Below the pieces are notes generated by a model. The model was not told the DNA's origin and made no database searches. It saw nothing but the letters and a program-made list of their open reading frames with translations. 64,000 bases of DNA, from the NCBI RefSeq assembly GCF_009914755.1, contig NC_060935.1. One strand, 5' to 3'. This DNA is from the human T2T-CHM13v2.0 reference genome, Homo sapiens. Made by a program: the position numbers and the translations under genes. Below are positions 40,731 to 54,072 of the stretch, one piece after another (position 1 is the stretch's first letter; each line of letters opens with the position of its first letter).

Positions 40731-43700
40731 ACTGTCATTCTAAGAACAGTCTTTGCTTATGTCCTTGGAAGTCCCTTTGTCATGGGATTATCTGAAAAAC
40801 AATGGATGCTATCAATTATCTTTTTAAATGGATGAAGTTCAATGAAAAGAGAGAGAGAGGGAGAGACTTAAATCTCAGCCTGGCCCTATCCTAAATACAG
40901 AAATGTATGCAAGTTACTCAACATCAATGAACAGCACGTTACTCATCTATGAAATGGGAATAAATGACACCTACCTTTCACAGAAGCATTATGAGGTTAA
41001 ATAAAAATCCTGGCAATCTGCCTATATATTTTGTTCATGCACATATGTTCTATAAATGTTAATATTTACTCCCACTCCTGTAGTTAACAGCATTTTCTAA
41101 TGCCCTGAATGGAAAAGGAGTTACTTAATATCAAGGAATGCATTTTTGATGATGGAATTTCAAGCATGAGAACATTAGAGCACAGGAGATATTCTGAGGC
41201 AAGGAAGCATTCCCCTGAAACCAAGTGATTAACCCACCTACCATGACACAAGAGCATTCAGATTACTGTATATATTTATAAAATACTTGATCTTCAGAAA
41301 AATCAAACTATTAAATATTGATGAATTCTGCTTAAAATACAAAGGTAGTTAATACACTCTTAACTTGAATAGGAACCATTAATATCAACTACTATAAAGC
41401 TGACAGTGAAACATTAAAATCCTAAGTATTTTACTAAGCAACAATTATTCTTATACCAACAAAACTAGATTTACAGAAGGAAAAGATCAAAACAAGACTT
41501 TTATTACAGCACAGGTAGAAAAAAACGCCCACCACAGATGGGCTTAAATTTGCCATTTTAAAATGAACATTTAAAAGCTGATGCTTATTTGCTAAAGAAT
41601 AAAGCACTAAAAGACAGAATACTTTTAGGACCTGGTAACACTGATGTTAAACTCACAAAACGTTTTATTCTGTGTAGTGGGGCTCAATATAATTAGTGTC
41701 AGGGTTTATCTAATTTTGGCCTTTTAAAATTATTAAATTTTATATCTACTGTGACATATTCCTGAGATTACTAGAATTTTTATTAATTTCCATTAATTTC
41801 AAACTAAATACATTAACTTTCTTGAGAAGGTTCCTCATCCACAGTAGCTGATCTGTTTGTTCTCTCAACAGACACCTTTGTTCGTTTACTCAGAGAACAG
41901 AATAAAAAGATAAGGGAGGGGATATCTGCAGCACGACATGTAATTCTAATTAATTACTATGAAAGGGAGGGAGTTGTGGGCTCACCACAGCATCACAGAC
42001 CTATTATTCAAGACATCTTAAAAAGCATTTTATCCATGGCTAGTATTCAGCTAAGACACACCAATATGGGTAAATGAGATCGGTATAACTAGTATCTGTT
42101 CTATTGCTTTGGGTCCATGCTGTATCAGCTGTTTAAATATTTTTACTATCACTAAGATTACAGTCCCCAGTTGGCCTGGGTGCTCCCTTAGGGGCTCTAG
42201 ATTTGAAGGTTCCAAATGTAAACTGGAAGACAGTTTACAATTCTGGGCTCACAATTTAGAAAGAAATAAAAACTTTTAAGGGCAGGCACAGACACATTTC
42301 AAAGTTTCCAAGATAAGACTGAAAGAAATCAGTATCACTTAACTTACAGAAAGAAAAAAGATCACAGCCAATCAATCTGTCACTTTTATAAGCTAACAGA
42401 ATAAGAGAAGAAAGGGTTAAGATGAAGGACCAAGAATTTTGGTTAAATAAAAAGAACATCAAGTGATATTATTAAAAAGTAGAAACTGACAGAGATATAA
42501 AATTTGTAAATAAGTAGACTCTGAAACAGATTACATCAGTGTATAATGGTGGTCTTATCTGAAGATTAAGCAGTTTCTCAAATTTGTTATAGAGTGAAAT
42601 AGACACAGAAAAAGGTGGCAGTCAAGAAACTGAAATCCTTGTAGTCCCCACTGCTAACACTCTGTATAGCTTAGGACAGCAACTTCAGTAATTTGGACCT
42701 CAGTTTCCTCACTTGCAAAATTAGAGGGTCTAATTGTATGTCTTTTTCTCTCTTAGTTATAAAAAAGTATGATTCTAGGCTAATATGGGTTATGGCTAAC
42801 ACAATATGTCAAGAATACAGGAGTAAGCCATGGGAATATATCAATGATTACATACAATGAGGCAAAGAACAGGTGCAAATGCATTATTACAATGCACTAA
42901 ATTACTACTTTGATATAACAAATGGTATACCAAGTAGTATGAAATTTTTTAAGAAGCTTGACAAGATACTTATACCAGGAAACGAACTATCTATCTAGGT
43001 CACTAATACTGTACATGAATATAAAAATCAAGTAACAATTATACGTTATAATATTTGGTACCAAAATACCATGCTTGCCTTCTGAAGGTCATTTTAAAAA
43101 ACAGCACAGATTTTTTTTTATTTTTTTCATGTTATGCTTTGTTCATAAGAAAAAGAACATTTGCATTCTCGAAGCATATGGAAATTAACAGTGAGAAAAA
43201 AGAGATGCTAAAATGTCTTAGGTTGTAGAGGGATTAAGAAATTCATTCCTGACATACCAACGATGTACTCTAGATAAAAAAGATATGATTTTCATCCATC
43301 TATTAGTAATCACTTATCATAAATGCACTCAATATTTTCACTTAAAAATTAACTCACCAAATGGAAGCATTTTATGAAATATGACATGAAACTTAGTAAT
43401 TAAGAGCTTCCCTACATTCTCAAAGAAGCCAAGGTGACATGCAATAAAACATATATAAACAATACGTGAATTTGGCCATCTTACTTATTTATATACAAGC
43501 TAAAATTTGATTTCCAATCCTATACTCTGACACCTAAAAAGAAACGCACTTAATTCTGGTAAGTTTTCCTTAAGGTGACCACAACTAAAAACTTCAGTAT
43601 ATCACACACGATGAAAGCATTGGACTTTTTTGGATCATTTAGCTTCAGGTACATGATTAATACTTTTTGAGAAAAAATATAAATGCCCATATCTTACTCT

Positions 43701-44499
43701 CTCCCAAAGATAGCTGAAAACTTTGTATAGAAGAAAGCTTTCCTCCTAAATGCTTTCTTTACAATGACTAATTCACCAGTAGGCAAAAAGCTCAAAGAAT
43801 GTAGAATAAGTGAATAAAAGAACTATACTAAGTGCTTACATGATGAGGGAAATAATCAATGCTACAAATGACATATTTTAAGTCTCATTAAGAACAAGTC
43901 ATGGTCATTACCTTCAAAACAGTTCCAATATTAAAAGTCAAGAAATAACAAGCTACAAAAACATGCACATATCCTATTGTTACACCGAAGAGAAACTTAA
44001 TGTCTCAGTTAGAAAAAGTGTGCATCTGAAGCAGAGATAACATAATCTACTCTTTTGCCATAATATGTGATCAATAGCTGAATCATTTAATGTAGTGATC
44101 AATAAATATCTTTCCTTTAGTCTTAATAAAAGTATTTTCACTTAAGGGTATAGATTAAAGAATGAAACAAAAAATCTTGATTACCACAGTCATTGTTATT
44201 TACTCATAAGTGTCAAAAGCCTTAGGAACTTTCTAAAAGTGCAAAGAGGAGACATGCAAGTTGCAATGCTCAACTCTACATTCCATGTAGTATTGTATGA
44301 ATACACTTATTTCTGTTTTAAAATAATACCATTTATTTTCTTACAATAGTCATTATTGCACAATCTCATTTCAGTATTATATAAGTATTTTTCTGTGGAT
44401 TATATCCTTTAGGCAAATCACGTTATAGAAATAAATTTAATCATCACTCAACCTAATTCTTAACTTCATATGAAATGGAGAATACATTCACAAAATCAC

Positions 44500-44586
44500 C
44501 TGACAAGCAATCTGCACGAGGTAGACCAGCTCTTTAGATTCACAGCCATTTTTCATTACTTCATTCTGTTCTTCTGAAAGTGAAAG
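44500..44586 (-). CDS. ARHGAP32: ARHGAP32 coding exon, 87 nt: LSLSEEQNEVMKNGCESKELVYLVQIACQ (PX domain, N-terminal part)
   Basis: Minus strand reads T-rich tract ...ctgtgatgtag|CTTTCA...TGTCAG|gtgatt. Open frame, phase 0-0. Confidence 0.96.
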
Positions 44587-44970
44587 CTACATCACAGAAA
44601 AAAAAGAAGAGGGGGAAAGAAAGTCATGATTAGTAAACGAGAATAAACTAAGCATTCATAATACCTGGAGCATCATCTCCGGGTGAGCATCAGCTTAATG
44701 TGAGACATATCTTATATGAGAACTTCATTGCTTAAGGCAGATGAATGAAGGACTTGGTGTTTCAGATAAAATATATATCTGTATCTGTGTAGCTTACGTA
44801 TAAGGGTCTTCACTTCCTTAATCTATTTAGTACATACATGAAACTAAGCACTGAGAGATAGTATGACATAACAGTTTAAAAGAGTTCAGACCTTATTACA
44901 TAGATTAAAAACTGGCTGCAGATAACAGGTTGGGCCTATGGACGTGTTTAATTTCAAAATCACCATGTAG

Positions 44971-45274
44971 TGGGGTGGGGAGGAGGTGGGGATGGTTAAT
45001 GGGTACAAAATAAACAGAAAGAATGAAAAAGACCTAGTATTTGATAGCACAACAAGGTGACTATAGTTAATAATAATTGTACAGTTTAAAATGACTAAAA
45101 TAGTATAACTAGATTGTCTGTAACACAAAGGATAAATGCTTGAAGGATGGATACCCCATTTTCCATGATGCTATTATTACACATTGCATGCCTGTATGAA
45201 AACATCTCATATACCTTATAAATATATAAACCTACTCTGTATCCACAAAGATTTGAAATTTAAAATTTCAAAAA
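44971..45274 (+). mobile_element. L1MA (MA2-like) 3' tip inserted into a hAT MITE (MER102-like, about 44905-45640)
   Basis: ggggatggttaatgggtacaaaa...gatagcacaacaaggtgactatag. TSD core tcaccatgtag ends at 44970 and at 45290. Confidence 0.85.
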
Positions 45275-48200
45275 AAAATTCACCATGTAGGTCTGCATAC
45301 TGGATTTTAGTTTTATTTAAACCAGCTACCGACATGTAGAAGCTAAGAGGTTTCATGTGAAAAATACAGATTTCTGGCTTCTACTGAAAAATCAGAAAAT
45401 TGGGAAGACTGGACCTACATTCTCACACGGGCAACAACTAGCTACAGCTGAGAAATGACCATCACCTTTAAATGAGGTGTATATTCCCCAAGAAAGTTTG
45501 TCACAGAACTGACTACCCTGTAGTTTTTTTGCCAGTATCTAGGCTGAGTATTAATTGTCATTCATCATGCTACTTGCTTTGTTATTTTTCTTATACCCCA
45601 CTTGCTTTACTCACTTATGTTACACACCTGCCCCATCTTTGGACGTCAATTTGCAAACGCGGTCCCAGAGATGGACAACCCTGAGTTCAAATGTGTTTAT
45701 AATTTGCAATGTAATATTGACCTACCTGCTTAGGCTCTCAACTGGAAAATGAGGATGATATAATATTATGTATTCTCAAGTTTGTGGGTATTAAATGAGA
45801 TGATGCATGGACAGTGTCCACCCAGGTAACTAATACTTAATAAATGTAATGTACCATTATAATTCATACTATATGAAGTACAAGGTTGATGAAGATATAT
45901 TCTCTATTGAGGAAAGTGGTATCACAAAGTATTTTTTTAAACTTCAGATATTAAGTACAAGTTGTTCACAAGATAACAATCATTTTCCCATTAGCCCAAA
46001 AAAGCCAGGTTAATGATAAAAGCATAGTTTAAAAAAGAAATAAAATAATTAAGGGTGAAAAGAAACCTACATGAACTAGTTTTCAGAAAGTGACAACACT
46101 TTCATGAGACAGAAGTGACTCAAAGATGTGCTTGGACGCCTGGCAGAGATACAAGAGAAAAAAGAATCTATGTTAGACAGGGTAAGGAGAAGCCAGCCAA
46201 ACCTTGAGTAACTGCATATAAACTAAAGTGATAAACTAAAATTACACTGTAGTGTAATCACTAAAGTGATAAACTAAAATTACAACTCTCTGTAGCAGAG
46301 AGTTGACACTCACCCATCAACTGATTCCCACAGGTACTCACCAGGGATATCGGGTGAGTAAACCAAGGCTGCAGGAGAGGAAGAGAACTGAGAGAATGAA
46401 CCTGTGAAGTATGGGAAGCCTCCCCAAGGACAAGGCAGCTAACCTCCCTTGACTGGGAGCAGGGCAGTGAAACAGAGGAAAGGAGAACTGGAAGATACCC
46501 CTCTGAAGGCACTCAGGACACTCAACAACTGAAGGATGGAGGTGGCACAGAAAAGCTGGGAGAAACTGCAGGCCTTCACAGCTACCCTCAAAGCTCTTGC
46601 ATAGGGCAAGGGGAAGAGTGCTCTCCAGAGGCACAAAATACTGGGGGAAAGAACTGGACAGACAAGAGAATAAGCATCCAGGCTGCAAAGCAGAGAAAGA
46701 GAACATGTTCTCCCTCAGTTCAGAAGATTTGGGCTTCATAGCAAAGCACAAAGATACCTTCAGCATCTCACCACTCTTCAGTTTTCCTTGTGAAAGAAAT
46801 CTCAGAACCTTAACTTCAAAATATTTAAAGTAGTGATAAACTCAATCAAAGTAAAGCTGTCATAAAAGACCAGATCTTATCAAATACAGATCAGCCTGAT
46901 GCAGCACCTCATTTCAACAGACTGAAAGAAGAAGAGATAAGCCCTTTCCTGGAGGTAAGTTTACTGACTTTAGTCTCAGCTGTTTCTTATATATTTCACA
47001 TTAAAGAATTACAAAACACACAGATAAGCAAGCAAATGTGACACATGGTCATGAGAGGCAAGGGTAAAATAAAGCAGACACAGAATTGGGCCAGATATAA
47101 AAATAATAAGAAAGAGAACGTAAATTAAATATAATTGAGATTCTAAAATACAGTTCAACAGGCAAACAACACGCAAAAGCACACGAGAAAGAGAAGATTC
47201 TGGAAAAACGGCAGACTCACCAGGAATCGATCTTTCCACCTAGACAATAACTGCACTGGCAGAATCTGTCCGGTGGATAACTATTTTGACAACTCTGGTA
47301 TCTACTGAAGGCCTGCTACTTCCAAGGGAAGGCTTGGATGGGAAACTGTAGTTCATTTTGGTCAACATCAGCACTTAAGAAAGTAACAGCTCCCTATACC
47401 CCCCCGGCCCCGCCCCGCCCCTGCCACCCCTATAGCAGGCAGCTGTGCACATACTCCTGGAGCAGCATAAACATACCTTACAAGAGTCAAGACAGACAAA
47501 AAGAACACTGCCTCCAAATTTCAGAGATCTATGCTGTGGCTGCGGATCACTGCTTTGGATTGCAGAGGTGCAGACAAATAGCTATGTGTCCATTACACCT
47601 AGCTCCACTGTTTGCAGGCCCATGCTCCTCTGGCTAAAGTGACTGGCAGCAGACATAAAGGGCCAACGCCCTTTTCCTTCCCTGTCCCCCTTGATTTTTC
47701 TCTTTTTCCTCCTTTGGGAAAATATAATAGACTAGGGCATTCAAAAGCAACTGACCTATTCAAAAGACTTACAGAGAAAATTAGAAAGTGACTGCACACT
47801 CTCAGAGAAAGGTACAGACTTAGGAAAGACAAAAGAAGACATTAAGTTCCAACTCAGGCTGATCTTTGGCACAGAGACGGACAAGAACAATAAAAAACAA
47901 ACAAAAACAATAAAAACAGCAGTCCCTGGGGAAGAAGGAGAATCTGGTTTTCAGAGTTACCACATCATTAGATTCAAATGTCCATTTTTCAAAAAAAAAA
48001 AAATCACAAGGCATATAAAGAAACAGAAAGTATGAACCTTTCAAAGGAAAAAATGAATCAAAATGAATCATGGTGGCTCACACCTGTAATCCAGTGCTTT
48101 GGGAGGCTGAGACAGGAGGATAGCTTGAGGCCAGGAGTTCAAGTCCAGCTTGAGCAACATAGAACACCATCTCTACAAATCTACAAATTTTTTTAATAAA

Positions 48201-49285
48201 AATAGAAATAAAAAACTGTTTCTGAAAAAGATCTGATAGTAGGTTTACTAGACAAACAACTATCTTAAAGATGTTCGAAGACCTAAAGGAAGTTGTGGAA
48301 AAAGTCAAGGAAACATTATATAAACAAAATAGAAATATCAATAAAGAGATAAAAAGCCTAGAAACCAAAATCAAATTTTGTAGCTGAGAAGTATAACAAC
48401 TGAAATGAAAAATTCACTAGAGGGATTCAAAGGCAGATTTGAGCAGGCAGAAGAAACAATTAGTTAACTTAAAGATAAGACAAAAGAAATGATTGAGTAA
48501 TAGGAAGAAAAAATAATTGAAGATAAGTAACAAGAGCCTAAGGGACCCATGGGACACCCTCAAGCAAACCAACATACACATGTAGGAGTACCAGAATAAA
48601 AAAAGAGAGAGAAGGGACAAAGAGATTATTTGAAAAGATAATGGCCCCAAACTTCCCAAATTTGATAAAAGACATGAATATCAACATCCAAGAAGCTCAA
48701 TGAACTCTAAGTAAGATAAACTCAGAGAGACCCACACTAAGACACCCGATAATCAAATGTTCAAAATACAAAGACAAGGAGGCAATCTTGAAAGAATCAA
48801 GATAGGAGTGACTCAACACCTGCAAGGGATCATCAGTAAGACTGGGAGATTTCTCATTAGAAACTTTAAAGGTCAAAAAACAGCAGGTAAATATATTCAA
48901 AGTGCTAAAAGAACTGTCAACCACTAATTCTATAACCAGCAAAACTGTCCTTAAAAAGTAAGGGAGATGTTCCTAGATTTTAAAAATCCCAACTTCAGAT
49001 GTTCCCAGATAAAGAAAAGCTGAGGGAGTCAGTTACCACTAGACCTGCCAAACAGAAATTCTCAAGGGATACCTGCAGGGTAAAATAAATTAAAACACAT
49101 ACACACAAACACTACTAACTCAAACCCTAATGAAGAAGTAAGAACTCAATAAAGGTAAATATATGGGCAATTATAAAAGCCTGTATTACTGTACAATGAT
49201 ATGTAACTCCACTTTTTGTTATCTAAATGATTTAAGAGACTAATACTTAAAAGAAAATTATTAGTCTAAAGGCTAGCATTATTTA

Positions 49286-49564
49286 TTTTTCTTTTTCTTT
49301 TTTCTTTTTTTTTTTGAGACGGAGTCTTGCTCCATCTCCCAGGCTGGAGTGCAGTGGCGCGATCTCGGCTCACTACAAGCTCTGCCTCCCGGGTTCACAC
49401 CAATTCTCCTGCCTCAACCTCCTGAATAGCTGGGACTACAGGTGCCTGCCACCATGCCCAGCTAATTTTTTGTATTTTTAGTAGAGACGGGGTTTCACTG
49501 TGTTAGCCAGGATGGTCTTGATCTCCTGACCCCGTGATCCACCCGCCTCGGCCTCCCAAAGTGT
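49286..49564 (-). mobile_element. AluY, slightly 5'-truncated
   Basis: Flanked by TSD ggctagcattattt (49271-49284 / 49565-49578). Confidence 0.95.
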
Positions 49565-50081
49565 GGCTAGCATTATTTTAACTTTGGTTTTAATTCCACA
49601 TTCTTTCCTACATCATTTCAAAGGCTAATATATTTTAAAAATTATTTATGTTTCAGAGCAGAAAAATGTATAAAGATGTAATTTTGTGATAATCAACAAC
49701 CAAAAGAGGAGACCATGGAGCTATTACAGGAGCAGAGTTTTTCTATGTTAATAAATTTAAACTGGCATAAATTCAAATTTGAATGTTATAACTTTAGAAT
49801 GTTAAATGTAATCCTCATGGCAACCACAAAAAGATAGCTATAGAATGTGAACAAAAGAAAATAAGAAAGAAATTTAAACATTTCACAATAAAAAATCAAC
49901 TAAACACATTTAAAAAGCATTAATGCAGGAATATAGGGAAAAAAGCTATAAGATATAAAGAAAACATATAGAAAAATGAGAGAAGTCCCTCCTTATCAGT
50001 AATTACTTTTAATGTGAATGAAATAAACAGTACAATCAAAGACAGGGATTGGCAGAATAACAAAGTAACATAATTCAATTA

Positions 50082-50408
50082 CAGTGATGTGCCACCATAA
50101 CAACATTTTGGTCAATGACAAACTGCATATATCACAGTGGGCCCATAAGATTATAAAACCACATTCTTACTGTACCTCTTCCATGTTTAGAGACACAAAT
50201 GCTTACCATTGTGTTACAACTGCCTATAGTATTCAGTAGATTAACATTCTGAACCAGTTTGTAGCCTAGAAGCAATAGGCTACACCAGATAGCTTGGGTG
50301 TATGGTAGGCTATACCTATTCTAAGTATGTTTTAGAGATATTCACAACTACAAAATCACCTAATAATATATCCCTCTGAAAATAACCCTGTTAAGTGATG
50401 CATTACTA
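50082..50408. mobile_element. Tigger3a/MER7-like MITE
   Basis: cagtgatgtgccaccataacaacattttggtcaatgac...gcccataagattataa...ttaagtgatgcattact. Confidence 0.8.
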
Positions 50409-50631
50409 TATATGGTGGTTACAGGAGATACACTTTAGACCCAAATACACAAATAGATTGAAAGTGGAAGGATGGAAAAAGATATTCCATGCAAATTGAA
50501 ACCAAAAGAGAGTGGAGGTGACTATACTAAAAATAAATAAAACAGACACTAAACCAAAAAGTTTAGAAACAAAAAAGAATAGTATATGATAATAGAAGGT
50601 TCAATACACAAAGAAGATACAATTATAAGCA

Positions 50632-53370
50632 GTGGGGGAGAACAAGGTGGCTGACTAGATGCAGCCAGGTGAAACAGCTCCCACTGAGAGACCAAGATGA
50701 CTGGCGTGCTTCTAACAGATCTTCAGAGGGAAGGCACCCAGAGTGTACACAAGGAAGACACAGAAGCTGGGCTGAAGGGGGAGAAAGCTGGGAACCCTGC
50801 ATGGGGCTACTGTGCACTGCACCAGGACTCATTCCTGGATCCCAACAGCTCCCGGGGAAGAGGTGAATTGAACTGGCAAGGAGCAACCTGCACTCGCTAC
50901 AGGCCTCTGAAACCCTGGCAGGCAGAGACCCCCCTTTGACCACCATGGACACTTGAATTGGCAGGGAGAGCTTCTTAGAGAAGTGGTAGGGGCAGCAATC
51001 CAGTTGATGTGGAGCCCAGAAGGTTTGATGCAGGAGCATCCATAGCAGAGCACATTTAGGAGTGGTCATGCCCATAAGCTCAACTTGCAACCATAGGTGG
51101 CTTTACTTCAAGGGGAACTGCTAGACCTGATCTCTGCAAGATGGTCTTGCCCATCAGATGGGGCCAGTTCAATCTGACCATCCCTTGGTGTGCTGGCCTC
51201 TCCCAAGGACCCAGCCTGGCCACACATGCTTGCAGGGCAGCCTCACATGTCCTGGGAGCTATATCACAGCTTCTGCAATGGTGGACCATGCCTGACCTGT
51301 GGAGAGCTGCAGAGGGGTGGCATCTATGACCATGCATCAGCCCAGACTCCCTCCCCATATGTCAGCTTCCCCTGAGGCCATGGCAACTCCACACATCACT
51401 TTGCTGGCACATGTCAGTATGGGCAGGTTTCGCTTTCCTTTCTCCACCAGTGAACAAGAGTGCAATCCACCCTACCTCCACCTGCCGACCACCACTGTAG
51501 ACGGAGCCTTGGTGGGCAGAGCCAGCCAACCCCAACCCTGCCTGCACCCTGCCCTTATACTAACACTGCACAGAGAACAGCGAATCCTCTCCCACCCTGA
51601 GTGACCACTTCTGCTTATGTGGCACAGAGAAGGCACCTAGACCTGCGCCCACCAGCTCCCAAGCCAACACCACCTCCAGCACAACTGTGTGCACAGTAAC
51701 CAACAGAGGGCCTCCACCCACCACCCAGCTGCATTGCCCCTGCCACTGTGGTGAATGCCCATAGGGAGCCAAGCACCCTGGCACCCACTAGCACTCTGCT
51801 GCAGCTGCTGTTACAAGGATGGACCCTGCTATCACCACACTATGAAATGCTTTGACTGTCACCACCCATTGGAGTGTAGTGACCAGCAGTCCAGGAGCAC
51901 TTTGGTCCCCACCAACACAGTGGATTCCTAACCTCAAGGAGACAGAGAACAAAGTCTGGATGTAATACAGTTGGGAGCAGAGCGCTGGTCCCCCCAAAAA
52001 TTTCCAGAAATGAAGCCAATCAGCTGAATCCCCTTCATAACACAATCAAACCCTAAAGGTCATCAAATAGGATAAAAGGGGGAAAAAAAACATCCAAAGG
52101 CCAGCAACCTAAAAGACTGTACATAAGCCCACAAACATGAGAAAGAATCAGCACAAGAACCCTGAAAACTCAAAAAGCCAGAGTGCCTTCTATTCTCCAA
52201 ACAAATGTATCCTCTCTTCAGTAAGGGTCCTGAACTGGCCTGAAATGGAAATAGAATTCAGAATATGCATAGGAATGAAGATCACTGGGCTACAGGAGTA
52301 CACTAAAACCCAATCCAAGGAAGCTAAAAAGCATGATAAAACAATACAGGAGCTGACAGACAAAATAGCCAGTATAGAAAATAATGTAACCAACCTGATA
52401 GAGCTGAAAAACACACTACAAGAAGTTTATAATGCAATCACAAGTATTAACAGCAGAACAGACCAAGCATAGGAAAGAATCTCAAAGCTTGAAGACAGGC
52501 ATTCTGAAATAAGACAGACAGACAAGAATAGAGAAAAAAGAATGAAAATGAACAAATAAAACCTCCAAGAAATATGGGATTGTGTAAAGAGACCAAATCT
52601 ACAACCCCCTGGTGGCCCTTAAAGAGGTGGAGAGAATGGAACCAAATTTGAAAACGTATTTCAGGATATCATCCATGAGAACTTCCCCAACCTAACTAGA
52701 GAAGCCAACATTCAAATTCAGGAAATGTAGAGAATTCAAGTAAGATACTTCACAAGAAGATCATCCACAAGACACATAATTGTCAGATTCTCCAAGGTCG
52801 AAATGAAAGAAAAAATGTGAAAGGCAGCTAGAAAGAAAGGTCAGGTCACCAACAAAGGGAAGCCCATCAGACTAACCACAGACCTCTCAGCAGAAACCCT
52901 ACAAACCAGAAGATATTGAGAGTCAATATTCAACACTCTTAAAAAAATTCCAAGACAGAATTTCATATCTGGTGAAACTAAGCTTCATAAGCAAAGGAGA
53001 AATAAGATCCTTTTCAGACAAACAAATGCTGAGGGAATTAGTTACCACCAGACCTGCCTTACAAGAGCTCCTGAAGGAAGCACTAAATATGGAAAAGAAA
53101 AACTGTTACCAGCTGCTACAGAAACACACTGAAATAAGCAGACCAATGATACTATAAAGCAACCACATAAACAAGTCTGCAAAATAACCAGCTAACATCA
53201 TGATGACAGGATCAAATCCACACATATCACTACTAACCTTGAATGTAAATGGGCTAAATACCCCAATTAAAAGACACACAGTGGCAAACTGGATAAAGAA
53301 CCAAGACCCATTGGTATGCTGTCTTCAAGACACCTATGTCACATGCAGTGAGAACCACAGGTTCAAAATG
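50632..53370 (+). mobile_element. Primate L1 (L1P4/PA15-16-like) 5' half: 5'UTR, ORF1 and first part of ORF2, truncated on the 3' side
   Basis: gggggagaacaaggtggctgactagatgcagc 5' end. ORF1 remnants at 52137..52472 and 52972..53157. ORF2 start MTGSNPHISLLTLNVNGLN at about 53200. Confidence 0.85.
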
Positions 53371-54072
53371 AGGGAACTTCTATCACCTAACAACAACAAA
53401 AACAAAAACAATTTAAAAATGGGCAAAGTACTAGAGAATAGACATTTCTCCTAAGAAGATATACAAATGACCAGTAAGCACACAAAAAGATGTTCAAAAT
53501 CACTAATCATTAGCAAATGCAAATCTAAACTACAATGAGATACCACTTCACATACATAAGGACACCTATTATCCAAAAACAGAAAACATCAAGTGCTGGT
53601 TTCAAATTAGAGTGACTAAAACCCTTGTACATTGTTGGTGGTATTCGTACTGCCACTGTGGAAAAGAGAATGGTGGTCCTCAAAAAGCTTAAAAGGAGAA
53701 TTATTATATGACCTAGAAGAATTACTATATGACCTAGCAATTCCACTTCTGGGTATACACCCCCCAAAGACAAAACAGAGTCTCAAAGAGACATTTGTAA
53801 ACCCATGTTCACAGAAGCATTATTCATCATAACTAAAAAGCAGAAGTAACCCAATGCCCATCAACAGATGACTGGATAAACAAAATGTGGTGCACACATT
53901 TACACATGTATACAAACAGGCAAAATGAAATATTATTCAGCCTCAGCCTTTAAAAAGAAAAAATTCTGACATATGCTACAACAGGGATGAACACTGTGCT
54001 CATGTTAAATATACCAAACACAAAAAGACAGATACTTGATTCTACATATGTGTGGTACTTACAGCAGTCAAA
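53371..54072 (+). mobile_element. L1M 3' fragment
   Basis: gacatttctcctaagaagatatacaaatgaccagtaagcac ... ctagcaattccacttctgggtata. Confidence 0.75.

Larger units (their letters stand above)
47190..50627 (+). mobile_element. Old L1M 5' half (5'UTR, ORF1, start of ORF2) with FLAM (about 48071-48213), AluY and Tigger3 inserts
   Basis: ORF1-like text (ggcagatttgagcaggcagaagaa, aacatccaagaagctcaatgaactc) and EN-domain text (ggatggaaaaagatattccatgcaaa). Confidence 0.7.

Noticed and set aside
41981-42050. Possible cryptic minus-strand exon with gccATGG and a GTG|gtgagc donor
   Set aside because: Weak acceptor, and the ATG frame stops after 9 codons.
42090-42102. 13-mer tagtatctgttct identical to part of U2 snRNA
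   Set aside because: No similarity extends on either side, so it is compatible with chance.
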